Shown here in pieces: positions 34,033-43,307 of a stretch of 64,000 nucleotides of DNA. The translations under genes and the position numbers were made by a program. The stretch is from Pirellulales bacterium (GTDB lineage Bacteria > Planctomycetota > Planctomycetia > Pirellulales > PALSA-1355). The notes below the pieces were generated by a model, which made no database searches, was not told where the DNA came from, and worked only from the letters and a program-made list of their open reading frames with translations. The stretch's first letter is position 1, and every line of letters begins with the position of its first letter. The stretch is from NCBI GenBank assembly GCA_963733035.1, contig CAVTBU010000006.1, positions 96,001 to 160,000 on the forward strand, given 5' to 3'.

Positions 34033-35061
34033 TCAATCCTCGTCAAAGAGCGACGCATCGTCGACGAGCGTTTGTAACTCTTGCCGCGCGGCGCGAGGGT
34101 CGCTGACCACGGCTAACATTAGCTGCTCGAGTGGTTCGGGTTCGAGCCGGGCGATGTGCATCAGCACTTCCGGCAGCGGGTGACCTGCGGGCAGAACCGC
34201 CAACAGCCGTCGCCACGCCTCGGGCCCGGCTTGCAACAGCCAGGTTTCGTATTCGAGCTGATCGGCTTCGTCCGTAGCTTGTTCGTAGGTTTCGTCGTCG
34301 AGTGCGTTCAGGCCGTGCAGGCAGATGAGCTCGGCCGTACCTTTTGAAAGCTCATGCAGCAACAACGGCCAACAAATGGCTTTGCCAACGACGTGAAAAC
34401 GGTCGCCGTCGCGCCGGACGCCTCCATAGCCGACCACCGCGGCCCGCGTGACGCGGCCCACCGCGGTGCGCGGCGTGCGCAAGTGTCCGAAGGCCACGGC
34501 GTGGGTGATTTCCGCCACCAGGCGATCTTCGTCGATACCCCAGATCATCGCGGCCGCGCGCTTGGCGACTTCGGCAAGCTCACGCTCATGACCTCGCTCC
34601 AGTCGCAGCATCTTGAGGTGCAGCCAAATCATCTGCACGTAGTGGAGCGGTGGAATCCCAATGATGCCCTTCTTCCAACCTCGCTGGCGAAGGTAGTGTT
34701 TTGAGGCCCTCGCCAGTTGACCTCCGTAGCAAGCGAGTAACGGATGACGATGGAACGGGTGCCGTGGACGTCGCGTGCGATGCCAGAACCAAAACGGCCA
34801 ACCGTAGAGCAGCGGAATGTCGCCGATGAAGTAATTGAGGTGAAAGGCGACAATTGTCTTGTCATACAGCTTTGTCAGACCGGGCTGGATCGCCTCGAGT
34901 TCGTCGGCCACCAAATGATGCGCGGTGAGAAACGTGTGAGCGGCCGCGCCTTGAATTAACAAATTGAGTGTGAGCCGCTTGTTGATCTGCTGCAAAAGTT
35001 CGTCGGAATAGGCGGCACGGCTTTCCGTTCTCCTCCCATCGCTGGAATCCGAATGTCGCAC
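34033..35061 (-). CDS. Uncharacterised 342-aa protein with an HExxKGxxE motif
   Basis: Long ORF with protein-like composition; INKRLTLNLLIQGAA, WPLLLHELSKGTAELICLHGL and EYETWLLQAGPEAW blocks. GTG start 9 nt after the upstream stop. Confidence 0.75.
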   Translation of the reverse strand: MRHSDSSDGRRTESRAAYSDELLQQINKRLTLNLLIQGAAAHTFLTAHHLVADELEAIQPGLTKLYDKTIVAFHLNYFIGDIPLLYGWPFWFWHRTRRPRHPFHRHPLLACYGGQLARASKHYLRQRGWKKGIIGIPPLHYVQMIWLHLKMLRLERGHERELAEVAKRAAAMIWGIDEDRLVAEITHAVAFGHLRTPRTAVGRVTRAAVVGYGGVRRDGDRFHVVGKAICWPLLLHELSKGTAELICLHGLNALDDETYEQATDEADQLEYETWLLQAGPEAWRRLLAVLPAGHPLPEVLMHIARLEPEPLEQLMLAVVSDPRAARQELQTLVDDASLFDED

Positions 35062-35070
35062 GGCGGTTTG

Positions 35071-35295
35071 CTAAGCCTTGGGTTGCGGCTCGGGGCGGCC
35101 CGTGGGCCACGTCGGATTGAAGGGATCCAGATCCGGTTTTTCCTTTGGCGGCGGATCGGGGGTTGCCGGTTCGGTGTCGGGCTCGACCTTGGGCGTTTCC
35201 GGCGGCGCCGACGGCGCGCTGCTCCCCAATCGGAAAAACGAAACCTGATTCCAAAAGGGAATCGGGGGGCGTGCTCGGTGCTGTATCATTTCCAT
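35071..35295 (-). CDS. Small Pro-rich, probably disordered peptide ending DPFNPTWPTGRPEPQPKA
   Basis: 74-aa ORF tightly coupled to the downstream gene; P/E/T/K/D-rich C-terminal two thirds. Confidence 0.65.
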   Translation of the reverse strand: MEMIQHRARPPIPFWNQVSFFRLGSSAPSAPPETPKVEPDTEPATPDPPPKEKPDLDPFNPTWPTGRPEPQPKA

Positions 35296-35510
35296 GGTCC
35301 GACCGTGTCGTGTGAGGGCCCTCGTATTCTAGCCCTTGTTAGCAACTCAGCCACACCGCTATAGCGGCGACGGGCTGCCAGGGCCGTGCCCGGTACTTGC
35401 TCCGCTGACGGGCATTTTGCTCGTTTCGGCGCGAACCTTCGCCATGTGCGATGACTCAGGCAATTACTTCATTTTCCCATACTTTGGATACGTTTTCCTG
35501 AGGGGCCGCT

Positions 35511-35978
35511 ATGGATCGAGATTTCATCGAACGTTACGCGGCTGGCGGCGACCAACTTCGGGCATCGATTGCCGGGCTGACGCCGGCCCAGTTGCAGGCC
35601 TTTCCCGTTCCTGGGACGTGGAGCCTTCAGCAGATCGTGCTGCACATGATGGACAGCGACCTGATCGGTGCCGATCGGATGAAACGTGTCGCCGTCGAAA
35701 AGCAGCCCCCCACGCTGATCGGCTATGATGAATCCGCCTTTGCGGGCGGTTTGTTCTACCAAGAGCTTGACCCGCAAGTGGCTTGCGATGTGTTTGAAAA
35801 GAATCGCCAACTCACGGCGGAAATCTTGCGGCGGCTACCGGCCGAGGCGTTCGAGCGCACGGGCCATCACGACGAACACGGTGAAGTGACGCTGGCCGAA
35901 CTGCTGAAGACCTATGTCGAACACCTCGAACATCACTTGCGGTATATCGAAAAGAAACGAGCGATGGTCGGCGGATAG
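35511..35978 (+). CDS. DinB family protein
   Basis: PGTWSLQQIVLHMMDSD, GYDE and HLEHHL motifs. Confidence 0.9.
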   Translation: MDRDFIERYAAGGDQLRASIAGLTPAQLQAFPVPGTWSLQQIVLHMMDSDLIGADRMKRVAVEKQPPTLIGYDESAFAGGLFYQELDPQVACDVFEKNRQLTAEILRRLPAEAFERTGHHDEHGEVTLAELLKTYVEHLEHHLRYIEKKRAMVGG

Positions 35979-36004
35979 TTGCCGGATGGGAATCCGTGGG
36001 CCTG

Positions 36005-36924
36005 TCAAAACGCACTGCGGCACTCGTCTTGCCCGGGCGGATCGATTTGGATGGTGACGTGTTCGATGCTGAAATCGTCGTGCAGCATGACGCGCAAGTT
36101 TTCGAGCGCCGTCTGGTGATCTTGTCCTGGCTGAAGAACGACATGGGCCGATAGCGAGTCCAGGCCGCTGGTGATCGTCCAGATGTGGAGGTCGTGCACT
36201 TCGGATACGCCCGCGACCTTGGACATCGCGGATTGTACCGCGTTCAGGTCCAGGTGGCGGGGAGTGCTTTCCATCAAGATGGCGATGGCCTGTTTCACCA
36301 GGTCCCAGGAGGAATAGATCACCAGCACGCCGATTGCAATCGATGCCGCGGGGTCGGCCCAATTCCAACCAAAGGCCCAGATCAATCCGCCCGCTCCCAG
36401 CGCGGCGACGCTGCCCAGAGCATCGGTGAAGATGTGCAGCCAGGCGCCGCGGACGTTGAGGCTGGCATCCTTGCCGGCGTGCAGGATCATCAGCCCGATG
36501 ACGTTGATCACGAGCCCGCCGGCGGCGATCGACATCATGAGCGCCCCGGCGACCGGTTCGGGCTCGGCCAGCCGGCGAAACGCCTCGATGAAGACCAGGA
36601 TGGAAATTGCGATCAGGGTGGCGCCGTTGGCCAGGGCCGCAAGAATCTCGGCACGATGGTAGCCGTAGGTGAGTTTTGAATTGGGGGGACGCTGGCTGAT
36701 CCAGGAAGCAAACAGGCTCAAGCCGAGCGCCGCGGCGTCGGAAAACATATGTCCGGCGTCGGCCAACAGCGCGAGCGAATCGGCCAGGTAGCCGCCGACG
36801 ATCTCGGCGAACATGTACGTGATCGTGAGGCCCAGGGTCCAGGCCAGGCGCTGCGCCCCGAGGCCCGTCCGTTCTTGACGGCCTCGCGATCCAGTCCGTG
36901 CGGATGATGGTGGTGTTGGCCCAT
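36005..36924 (-). CDS. czcD: Cation diffusion facilitator (CzcD-like Zn/Co/Cd efflux); frameshift near 36870
   Basis: His-rich N-terminus MGQHHHHPH in one frame; SLALLADAGHMFSD, TYGYHRAE, NVRGAWLHIFTD, VHDLHIW and HVTIQ in the other. Confidence 0.88.
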
Positions 36925-36935
36925 TGCCTGGCAAT

Positions 36936-38028
36936 CAATCTGGTCGGCGTGCTTCCCGGCTGCCGCCCTGCCGCAGCGCGGCACAAATCGGGTATCGTAG
37001 GCTCCGCGCACGTCGACGCCGCTGGGACTCATTTGTTTTGATTCGACCAACTGGTCGGCCAACTTTTGCCAACGCGCGTGAGACATCGTGCCGACGCCTT
37101 CCTGTTCGGCCACGCTGTCGAACACCAAGGGTTCCAACGTCTTGGCTCCATACGCGAGAATGTCGAGATCCATTTGCGGGTTGAGCTTGTGAATCAGGGC
37201 GTTCGTTTTATCGGGCGACTGCAAATACTTTTGCCAGCCACGGACCGAGGCCGCGACCATTTTTTGCACGAGCTCGGGGTTGTTTCGCACGGTCTCGTCG
37301 TTGGTGAACAACGTGCTGGTGTACGGATTGAAGCCTAGCTCGGAAAGCATCAACACGCGCGGATCGCCGCCGCTCTTGCGGGCGACAAACGGCTCGCTGA
37401 AGACGTAGCCTTGCTGGGCGTAGTTCTTGTCGCGCAAGAACTGCGCCACGTTGCCGGCATAGGGCACGATTTTCACGTTCTTCTTGTCGAGCTGGAGCTC
37501 TCGCCGCAGGAACTGCGTGAACGCGTTACTACTGGAGACGGCCAGCGTGATGTTCCGCAAATCATCAAAATTGCGGATGCCCGAACTCTCGTGTACCAAG
37601 ATGCAACGGGGGCTGATTTGCAACGGCGCCATCACGGCCACGATCGGGGCGTCTTGCGCCCGGCCAAACAAGACGTTGTCGCCGTTCACCACGCCAAAGT
37701 TGACGGTTCCGCGAGCCACCTGCTGCACGACGGGTGCATCGGGGCCGCCGGGCAGGATTTTGACGCTCAGCCCGGCGTCTCTGTAATAGCCATGGGCGAG
37801 CGCCGCGTAGTAGCCGCCATGCTCGGCCTCCGGAAACCAATTGAGCTGTAGCGTGACCGGAGTTAGCGAAGGATCGTCCCTTTCCGGGTTCGCTTCGCTG
37901 GCGTCCATTTGCGCACGCGGATCGGAGTTCGACGCGGTCCGCGACGAGGAACTGGCGCCGCATCCCAGTTGCCACAGTAGCGGGAGCAGGATCAGCACAA
38001 GGGCTGGCCGGGCAGCGAGTCGGGACAT
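36936..38028 (-). CDS. ABC transporter substrate-binding lipoprotein, NMT1/THI5-like; 3' end uncertain because of a probable frameshift
   Basis: Lipobox-like LWQLGC; LQLNWFPEAEHGGYYAA and GFNPYTSTL motifs. As assembled the ORF runs into the czcD N-terminus. Confidence 0.85.
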
Positions 38029-38042
38029 GGGGAAGAATCTCC

Positions 38043-38849
38043 TTATTCGGTATGAGTCGAGCCGCGCTGGTTCGTCACGTGCCAGCGAGCCAGGATCGTG
38101 ACTCCCAGCAGACTGACAGTAGCAAATATGACAATCGAAAGCAGCGTCGAACAGATGACGCCGGCAAACACGTAGGAAGTGTCCAAGTTGCCATTGGCAC
38201 GCGTGATCAGCGTGCCCAGGCCATACTGTTGACCTTGAAATCCGGCGTAAATCTCGCCGACGATTGCGCCGATGACCGCCAGTCCGCAAGAAATTTTGGC
38301 GCCGGTGACCAGGTAGGGCACGGCATTGGGCAAGCGCAGCTTGAGGAGGACTTGCCAGCGCGAGGCATTGTGAACAGCGAACAGTTCGAGCAAGTTCGGA
38401 TCAACCTGCGTCAGACCCGTCGTGGCGCTGGTAATGATTGGGAACAAGCTCAGGATGAACGATACGGCCACCACGCCCTGGAAACCGTATCCAAACCACA
38501 GGATGAGCAACGGGGCCATGGCCACAATCGGCACGGTCTGCAGAAAAATGGCATAAGGGTAAATGCTGCGCTGAATGATTCTTGATTGGGAGAAGACCAG
38601 ACCTAGTGCCGTCCCCAGCACGAGGCTCAGTAGAAAACCGGCCAGCGCGGCGGCTCCCGTGAGCGGCGTCGCCCGGCCGAGTTCCGCGGCATGATCCCTG
38701 GCGGCGTTCCAAACCCGCGCGGGACCGGGCACCAGATAGGCAGGCAGCTCCCACAGCATGGTGACCGCCTGCCAGAGAGCCAAGATCAACAGAAAGAAAA
38801 CGAGCGGCGGCAGTGCGACGCGCAGCAACCAACTTCCGGCTGACTTCAT
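38043..38849 (-). CDS. ABC transporter permease (NitT/TauT family)
   Basis: QTVPIVAMAPLLILWFG, LRLPNAVP and GAIVGE motifs; ATGA overlap with the ATPase gene. Confidence 0.93.
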   Translation of the reverse strand: MKSAGSWLLRVALPPLVFFLLILALWQAVTMLWELPAYLVPGPARVWNAARDHAAELGRATPLTGAAALAGFLLSLVLGTALGLVFSQSRIIQRSIYPYAIFLQTVPIVAMAPLLILWFGYGFQGVVAVSFILSLFPIITSATTGLTQVDPNLLELFAVHNASRWQVLLKLRLPNAVPYLVTGAKISCGLAVIGAIVGEIYAGFQGQQYGLGTLITRANGNLDTSYVFAGVICSTLLSIVIFATVSLLGVTILARWHVTNQRGSTHTE

Positions 38850-39619
38850 GTTGCCGCCTCCTCGAGCCGCGCCATGACCTCGCCGCACAGTCGCGCGAAC
38901 TCACCTTGCGAGCGCAACTCCATGCGCCGCGGATAGGGGAAGGGCACGGAAATCTCCGCCACCACGCGCCCCGGTCGAGGACTCATGATCAGGATGCGCT
39001 GGCTCAGGAACACGGCTTCGGCAATGTTGTGCGTTACGAATACACCGGTCCAGTTGCGCCGTTCCCACATGCGGATCAGCTCTTCATTCAGCTTCTGCCG
39101 GGTAATGTCGTCGAGCGCGGCAAATGGCTCGTCCAGCAACAGCAAGTCAGGTTCAACGACGAGTGCCCGGGCCAGCGAAACGCGCATCCGCATGCCGCCC
39201 GAGAGTTGACTGGGAAACCGCCGGGAAAACTCGGCCAATCCGACCAGCTCGAGCGCTCGGCGGGTTGATGCGCCGCGGTCGACACGCGAGCGACCGGCGA
39301 GCTCCAGCGGCAAGGCCACGTTGGCCTCGACGCGGCGCCAAGGAAGCAGCGTCGGGTCCTGAAAGACAAAGGCCAGCCGGATGTTGCGCCGCCGTGCCTT
39401 GGCAGGCTTTTCGCCAGCCAACGCGATCTGCCCAGCGGTTGGTTCCACCAGGCCGGCGAGCAGTCGCAGCACGGTGCTTTTGCCGCAGCCCGAGGGGCCG
39501 ACAATCGACAAGAACTGCCCAGCCGGCAGATCGAAGTCGAAATGGTCCAGGGCCCGCACGCCACCGCGGTAGGTGACGGCGAGCCCCTTGGCATGGACTA
39601 AAGCTTGACCTGAAATCAA
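38846..39619 (-). CDS. ABC transporter ATP-binding protein (NitT/TauT family)
   Basis: GPSGCGKST, LSGGMRMR, LLLDEPF and VTHN motifs; TTG start 39619 after GGAGG. Confidence 0.93.
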   Translation of the reverse strand: MISGQALVHAKGLAVTYRGGVRALDHFDFDLPAGQFLSIVGPSGCGKSTVLRLLAGLVEPTAGQIALAGEKPAKARRRNIRLAFVFQDPTLLPWRRVEANVALPLELAGRSRVDRGASTRRALELVGLAEFSRRFPSQLSGGMRMRVSLARALVVEPDLLLLDEPFAALDDITRQKLNEELIRMWERRNWTGVFVTHNIAEAVFLSQRILIMSPRPGRVVAEISVPFPYPRRMELRSQGEFARLCGEVMARLEEAAT

Positions 39620-39834
39620 TTTAACGCCTCCCCGTGGCGGCCCGTTTGGCCGCCGCGCGGCCGCAGTATACGTAACGTTTGGGCAAAACGCGACGACAGT
39701 TCGTGGCGGGCGCGCCTCAGACAGCCAGACCCACTCCTCCGTGGCCATTTATTGCTTGCCGCTTGCCAGGAGGTATTATTCAAAGAGGGTTTTGAACCCA
39801 CGCTCGTCGAAATTGTCCCCGGGATTTCCAGCTC

Positions 39835-40919
39835 ATGGCGCATCGTCTGTTCTTCGCCACGCTGCTGCTGGCGGCAGTGTGTGGCTGTGGGCAAGATTCC
39901 GTTCCGACGGATTCGACGCAAGCCGCACTCCAGCAACTCCGGAGCGGGCAATACGACGACGCCATTGCCACGGCAACCGAAGCCATTCGACAAAATCCAC
40001 GGAATGCCGCCGCGTACCTGTATCGCGGACGAGCATATCACTTTCGCAATGCGATGGGCGATCATCAGTTGGCCGTGTCCGACTTGGGTGAAGCCATCCG
40101 TCTGGCGCCCGAATCGTCCGATGCCTACTACAGCCGGGCGCTGGTTTATCGAGATATCGGCCAAACCGACCTGGCGTCCAAGGACGAAACAAAGGCTCGC
40201 GATCTGGACGGGTTGCTCAAGGAGACCTACCGACATCTTCCTGACCTGACACCCCGCTCGACAATCGCCAAGGCGCGCGAACCAGACGGACGAACCAAGC
40301 AAGACGAGTCGAAGGTGGTCGGTGCTCTGCCGAAGGATGTCGACGAACAAAAGCAGCTATACGAGGAACTAAAGGACAAGTTCGAGCCCGGCTTTGGCGA
40401 GCTGCGTACACAGCCGCTTGATGGCTCGGCCGACGATGCGGGCAGAGAACACACCGAATCGCTCAGCGAGCGCTACCGCCGCCTGCTTGGGCAAGACGGA
40501 GCGACCGGCGAAGCCGCGCCGCGGGGCTTTGGCGGCCAGGTGCCGGATCAATTTGCTCAGCCAGCCGCCGAGCCGTCGACGACGCCTTCCGCGGCACCGG
40601 GGACAGCGAACGACATGGGAGGGAGCACGGCCGCGCGTCGGCCGCGTGGAAACCTGCCAGGTCCTTTGCAGCCACAGCCGATGCAATCGCCGTTTGCTCC
40701 GCGGAACGTGACGCAACCCGCCGCGCAAATGCCGCCGGGAGTGCGATCTCCCTTTCCGCAGCGAATTCAGGGTGCTACCGGCTACGTTCAGCCGGTGAAT
40801 CCGTTTGGTGCGCAAGCTGCGCGCAGCGGACGGTGACGCGGCCGTTCACCACGCCCGCCAAGCCCGGCTTCTCGAATCCCGTGGTTCGGCCGCCGAATCC
40901 GCGCGACTATTTGCCGTAG
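39835..40919 (+). CDS. TPR-repeat lipoprotein with a Pro-rich disordered tail; probable frameshift near 40825
   Basis: Lipobox AVCGC; TPRs AIRQNPRNAAAYLYRGRAY and AIRLAPESSDAYYSRA. The called ORF stops at 40836, but a second frame continues PFTTPAKPGFSNPVVRPPNPRDYLP to TAG 40919. Confidence 0.75.
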
Positions 40920-40930
40920 GTCATCAGCCC

Positions 40931-42043
40931 CTAGGCGTCGAAGACCATTTCCGCGAGCTCTGCGCGGTGGTGCGCCGCGTCGCCGCAGAGAATTTCCAGG
41001 GCTTTGGAACGCTTGTAGTAGAGCTGCAAGTCGTGCTCCCAGGTGAAGCCGATGCCGCCGTGGACTTGGACGCCGCGGTTGGCTACTTCGCGCGAGGCGT
41101 CGGAGGTGTAGGCCTTGGCAATGCCGACCGCACGGGGCCTTTCGTCCGGGTTGGCATCGATGGCCCAGGCGGCGTAGTAGATCGCCGACCGCGAGCTTTC
41201 GGTCCACAACAGCATGTCGGCACACATGTGCTGCACGGCCTGGAACGAACCGATCGTCTTGCCGAACTGCTGCCGCGTTTTGGCGTACTCGACCGAGTCT
41301 TCGAGAATCCACTGCATGCCGCCAAGCATGTCGGCGCAAGCACACAGGGCGGCTACATCGAGCGAACGGGCCAAGGCGGCTTCAGCTTGTTTGCCTTCCG
41401 CTAAGATATCGTCACCAGCCACTTCGACGGCTTCGAACGTCACATCGGCAATCTTTCGCGTGGCGTCGAGTCCCGGCGTGGGATGGATCGTCACCCCGCG
41501 GGCGCTAGCCGGTACGCAGCCCAGCAAGAGTCCTTTGGGAGAACGGGCGACGAAAACCAGATGATCCGCGACGTTCGCATCGAGCACGAACGACTTGCGG
41601 CCGTTGAGCGTCCATGTGCCATCCACCAGCTTGGCGTCGAGTACGACGTCCGCCAGGTTCCAGCCGGAGTCAGGTTCGAGCAGCGCGACGGCCCCCTTAC
41701 TTTCGCCGTTGGTGAGCTTTTCGAGATGCGGGGAATTTGGGTTCGTGGCGGCGATTAAAGTTGCGGCCCAGACGGTTCCCAGGAACGGTCCGGGGAAGCA
41801 TGCCCGTCCCATTTCCTCGGCCACGACGGCCAATTCGACGGTGCCGAGGCCTAGCCCGCCGGCGGCTTCGTCAAGGTGAATGCCGAGCCAGCCTTGATCG
41901 GCCACGGCCGACCACAGCTCGGGGTTGAAGGCGGTTTCGGTGGCCATCAGTTCGCGCACGCGCTTGGGCGGGCACTCGCGAGTGAACAAGTCGCGGGCGC
42001 TTTTCTGCAACAGCCGCTGCGGTTTCGATAGATCGAATTCCAT
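40931..42043 (-). CDS. Acyl-CoA dehydrogenase family protein (degenerate, beta-type subunit)
   Basis: EEMGRA, RQQFGKTIGSFQAVQH and QVHGGIGFTWEHD motifs; lacks the canonical EPxAGSD and C-terminal ExGT motifs. Confidence 0.92.
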   Translation of the reverse strand: MEFDLSKPQRLLQKSARDLFTRECPPKRVRELMATETAFNPELWSAVADQGWLGIHLDEAAGGLGLGTVELAVVAEEMGRACFPGPFLGTVWAATLIAATNPNSPHLEKLTNGESKGAVALLEPDSGWNLADVVLDAKLVDGTWTLNGRKSFVLDANVADHLVFVARSPKGLLLGCVPASARGVTIHPTPGLDATRKIADVTFEAVEVAGDDILAEGKQAEAALARSLDVAALCACADMLGGMQWILEDSVEYAKTRQQFGKTIGSFQAVQHMCADMLLWTESSRSAIYYAAWAIDANPDERPRAVGIAKAYTSDASREVANRGVQVHGGIGFTWEHDLQLYYKRSKALEILCGDAAHHRAELAEMVFDA

Positions 42044-42096
42044 GATGCGGTCCTTTAACGTCGTTATGCGGTATTTTTTGTGTGATTGTTGACTGA

Positions 42097-43265
42097 TTAG
42101 TAGCTGCGCGGCAGGCCGAGCACGCGTTGGGCGATGATATTGCGCTGGATCTCGCTGGTGCCGGCTTCGATCGTGTTGCCGCGTGAGCGGAGATAGTTGT
42201 AGACCCAGCGGCCGTCGTCGTAATCCGTCAGTTGTGCGTAGGGACCGAGCACTTCCATGGCGATCTGAGCCATCCGCTGATTGAGTTCGCTCCAGTACAG
42301 CTTCTGAATCGAACCCTCGGGACCCGGCGCGCGGTCTTATTGAGCATGCTCAGCGAGCGGGTTGTGTTGAGCCGGAAAACTTCCAAGTCGACGAATGCCT
42401 GTGCGAGCCGTTGCCGGATGACCGGATCTTCAATTACTGGCCGGCCGCCGCGCTTGATTTTGCGCGCCTGGGCAACGACGGCGTCGAGGTTTCGCTTGAA
42501 CACGACATACAATCCGGTGCCGAGGTTGGCGCGCTCGTTAGCCAGGGCGGTGATGGCGACGTTCCAGCCTTCGTTGACCTTGCCGATCAGCGCGCTAGCG
42601 GGCACGCGAACGTCGGAGAAGAACATTTCGTTGAAGCCGGAGTCCCCCGACATCATTTTGAGCGGCCGCACGGAGATTCCCGGTGTCTTCATGTCGACCA
42701 GCAGCGCCGTGATGCCCTTATGCTTGGGAGCCGTCGGGTCGGTGCGAACGATCAACAAGCACTGCTGGGCGATGTGGGCGTAGCTCGTCCAGATCTTCTG
42801 GCCGTTGACGACGAAGTGATCACCGTCGAGAACGGCCTTGGTTTCGAGCCCCGCCACGTCGCTGCCGGCGTTGGGTTCGGAAAAGCCCTGGCACCAGATT
42901 TCCTCGCCCGAGAGGATTTTGGGCAAATAGCGTTTCTTTTGCTCTTCGGTGCCGACGGCGATGATCGTGGGACCGACCAGGCCTTGGCCAATGGTGCCCA
43001 TGCGTTCGGGAGCATCGTGCAGCGCCATCTCTTCCTGGAAGACAGCCTGTTCGATGAATGAGGCACCGCGGCCGCCATATTCCTTGGGCCAGGAAACGCC
43101 GGCCCAACCGCCGTCGTACAGCTTCTGCTGCCAGTCGGCCAGATATTGGTAGTAGGCCGTGGTGTTGTCGGCCGTTTTGACCATCTTGGGCGGCATGTTG
43201 GCTTTGAGCCAGGCCCGCAATTCGTCGCGAAACCTGGTTTCGCTTTCGGTGAGTCCCAGATCCAT
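42097..43265 (-). CDS. Acyl-CoA dehydrogenase family protein (alpha-type subunit); frameshift near 42335
   Basis: WCQGFSEPNAGSD, NGQKIWTS, FNEMFF and LANER motifs. The second frame gives RSRGNTIEAGTSEIQRNIIAQRVLGLPRSY to TAA 42097. Confidence 0.92.
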
Positions 43266-43307
43266 GACGTGCCTTTCTTAGTGGATGTACCGTTGGAAAT
43301 GCAGGGT

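Noticed and set aside
36718..38289. Apparent fusion of the ABC substrate-binding protein to a His-rich tail (MGQHHHHPH)
   Set aside because: The His tract is the czcD N-terminus; the fusion is best explained by indels near 36980 and 36870.
39640..39760. Possible TPP riboswitch upstream of the THI5-like ABC operon (CTGAG...CCC...GAAC on the minus strand)
   Set aside because: Lacks the CCTGA...TAAT...GCGxAGG core; similarity too weak.
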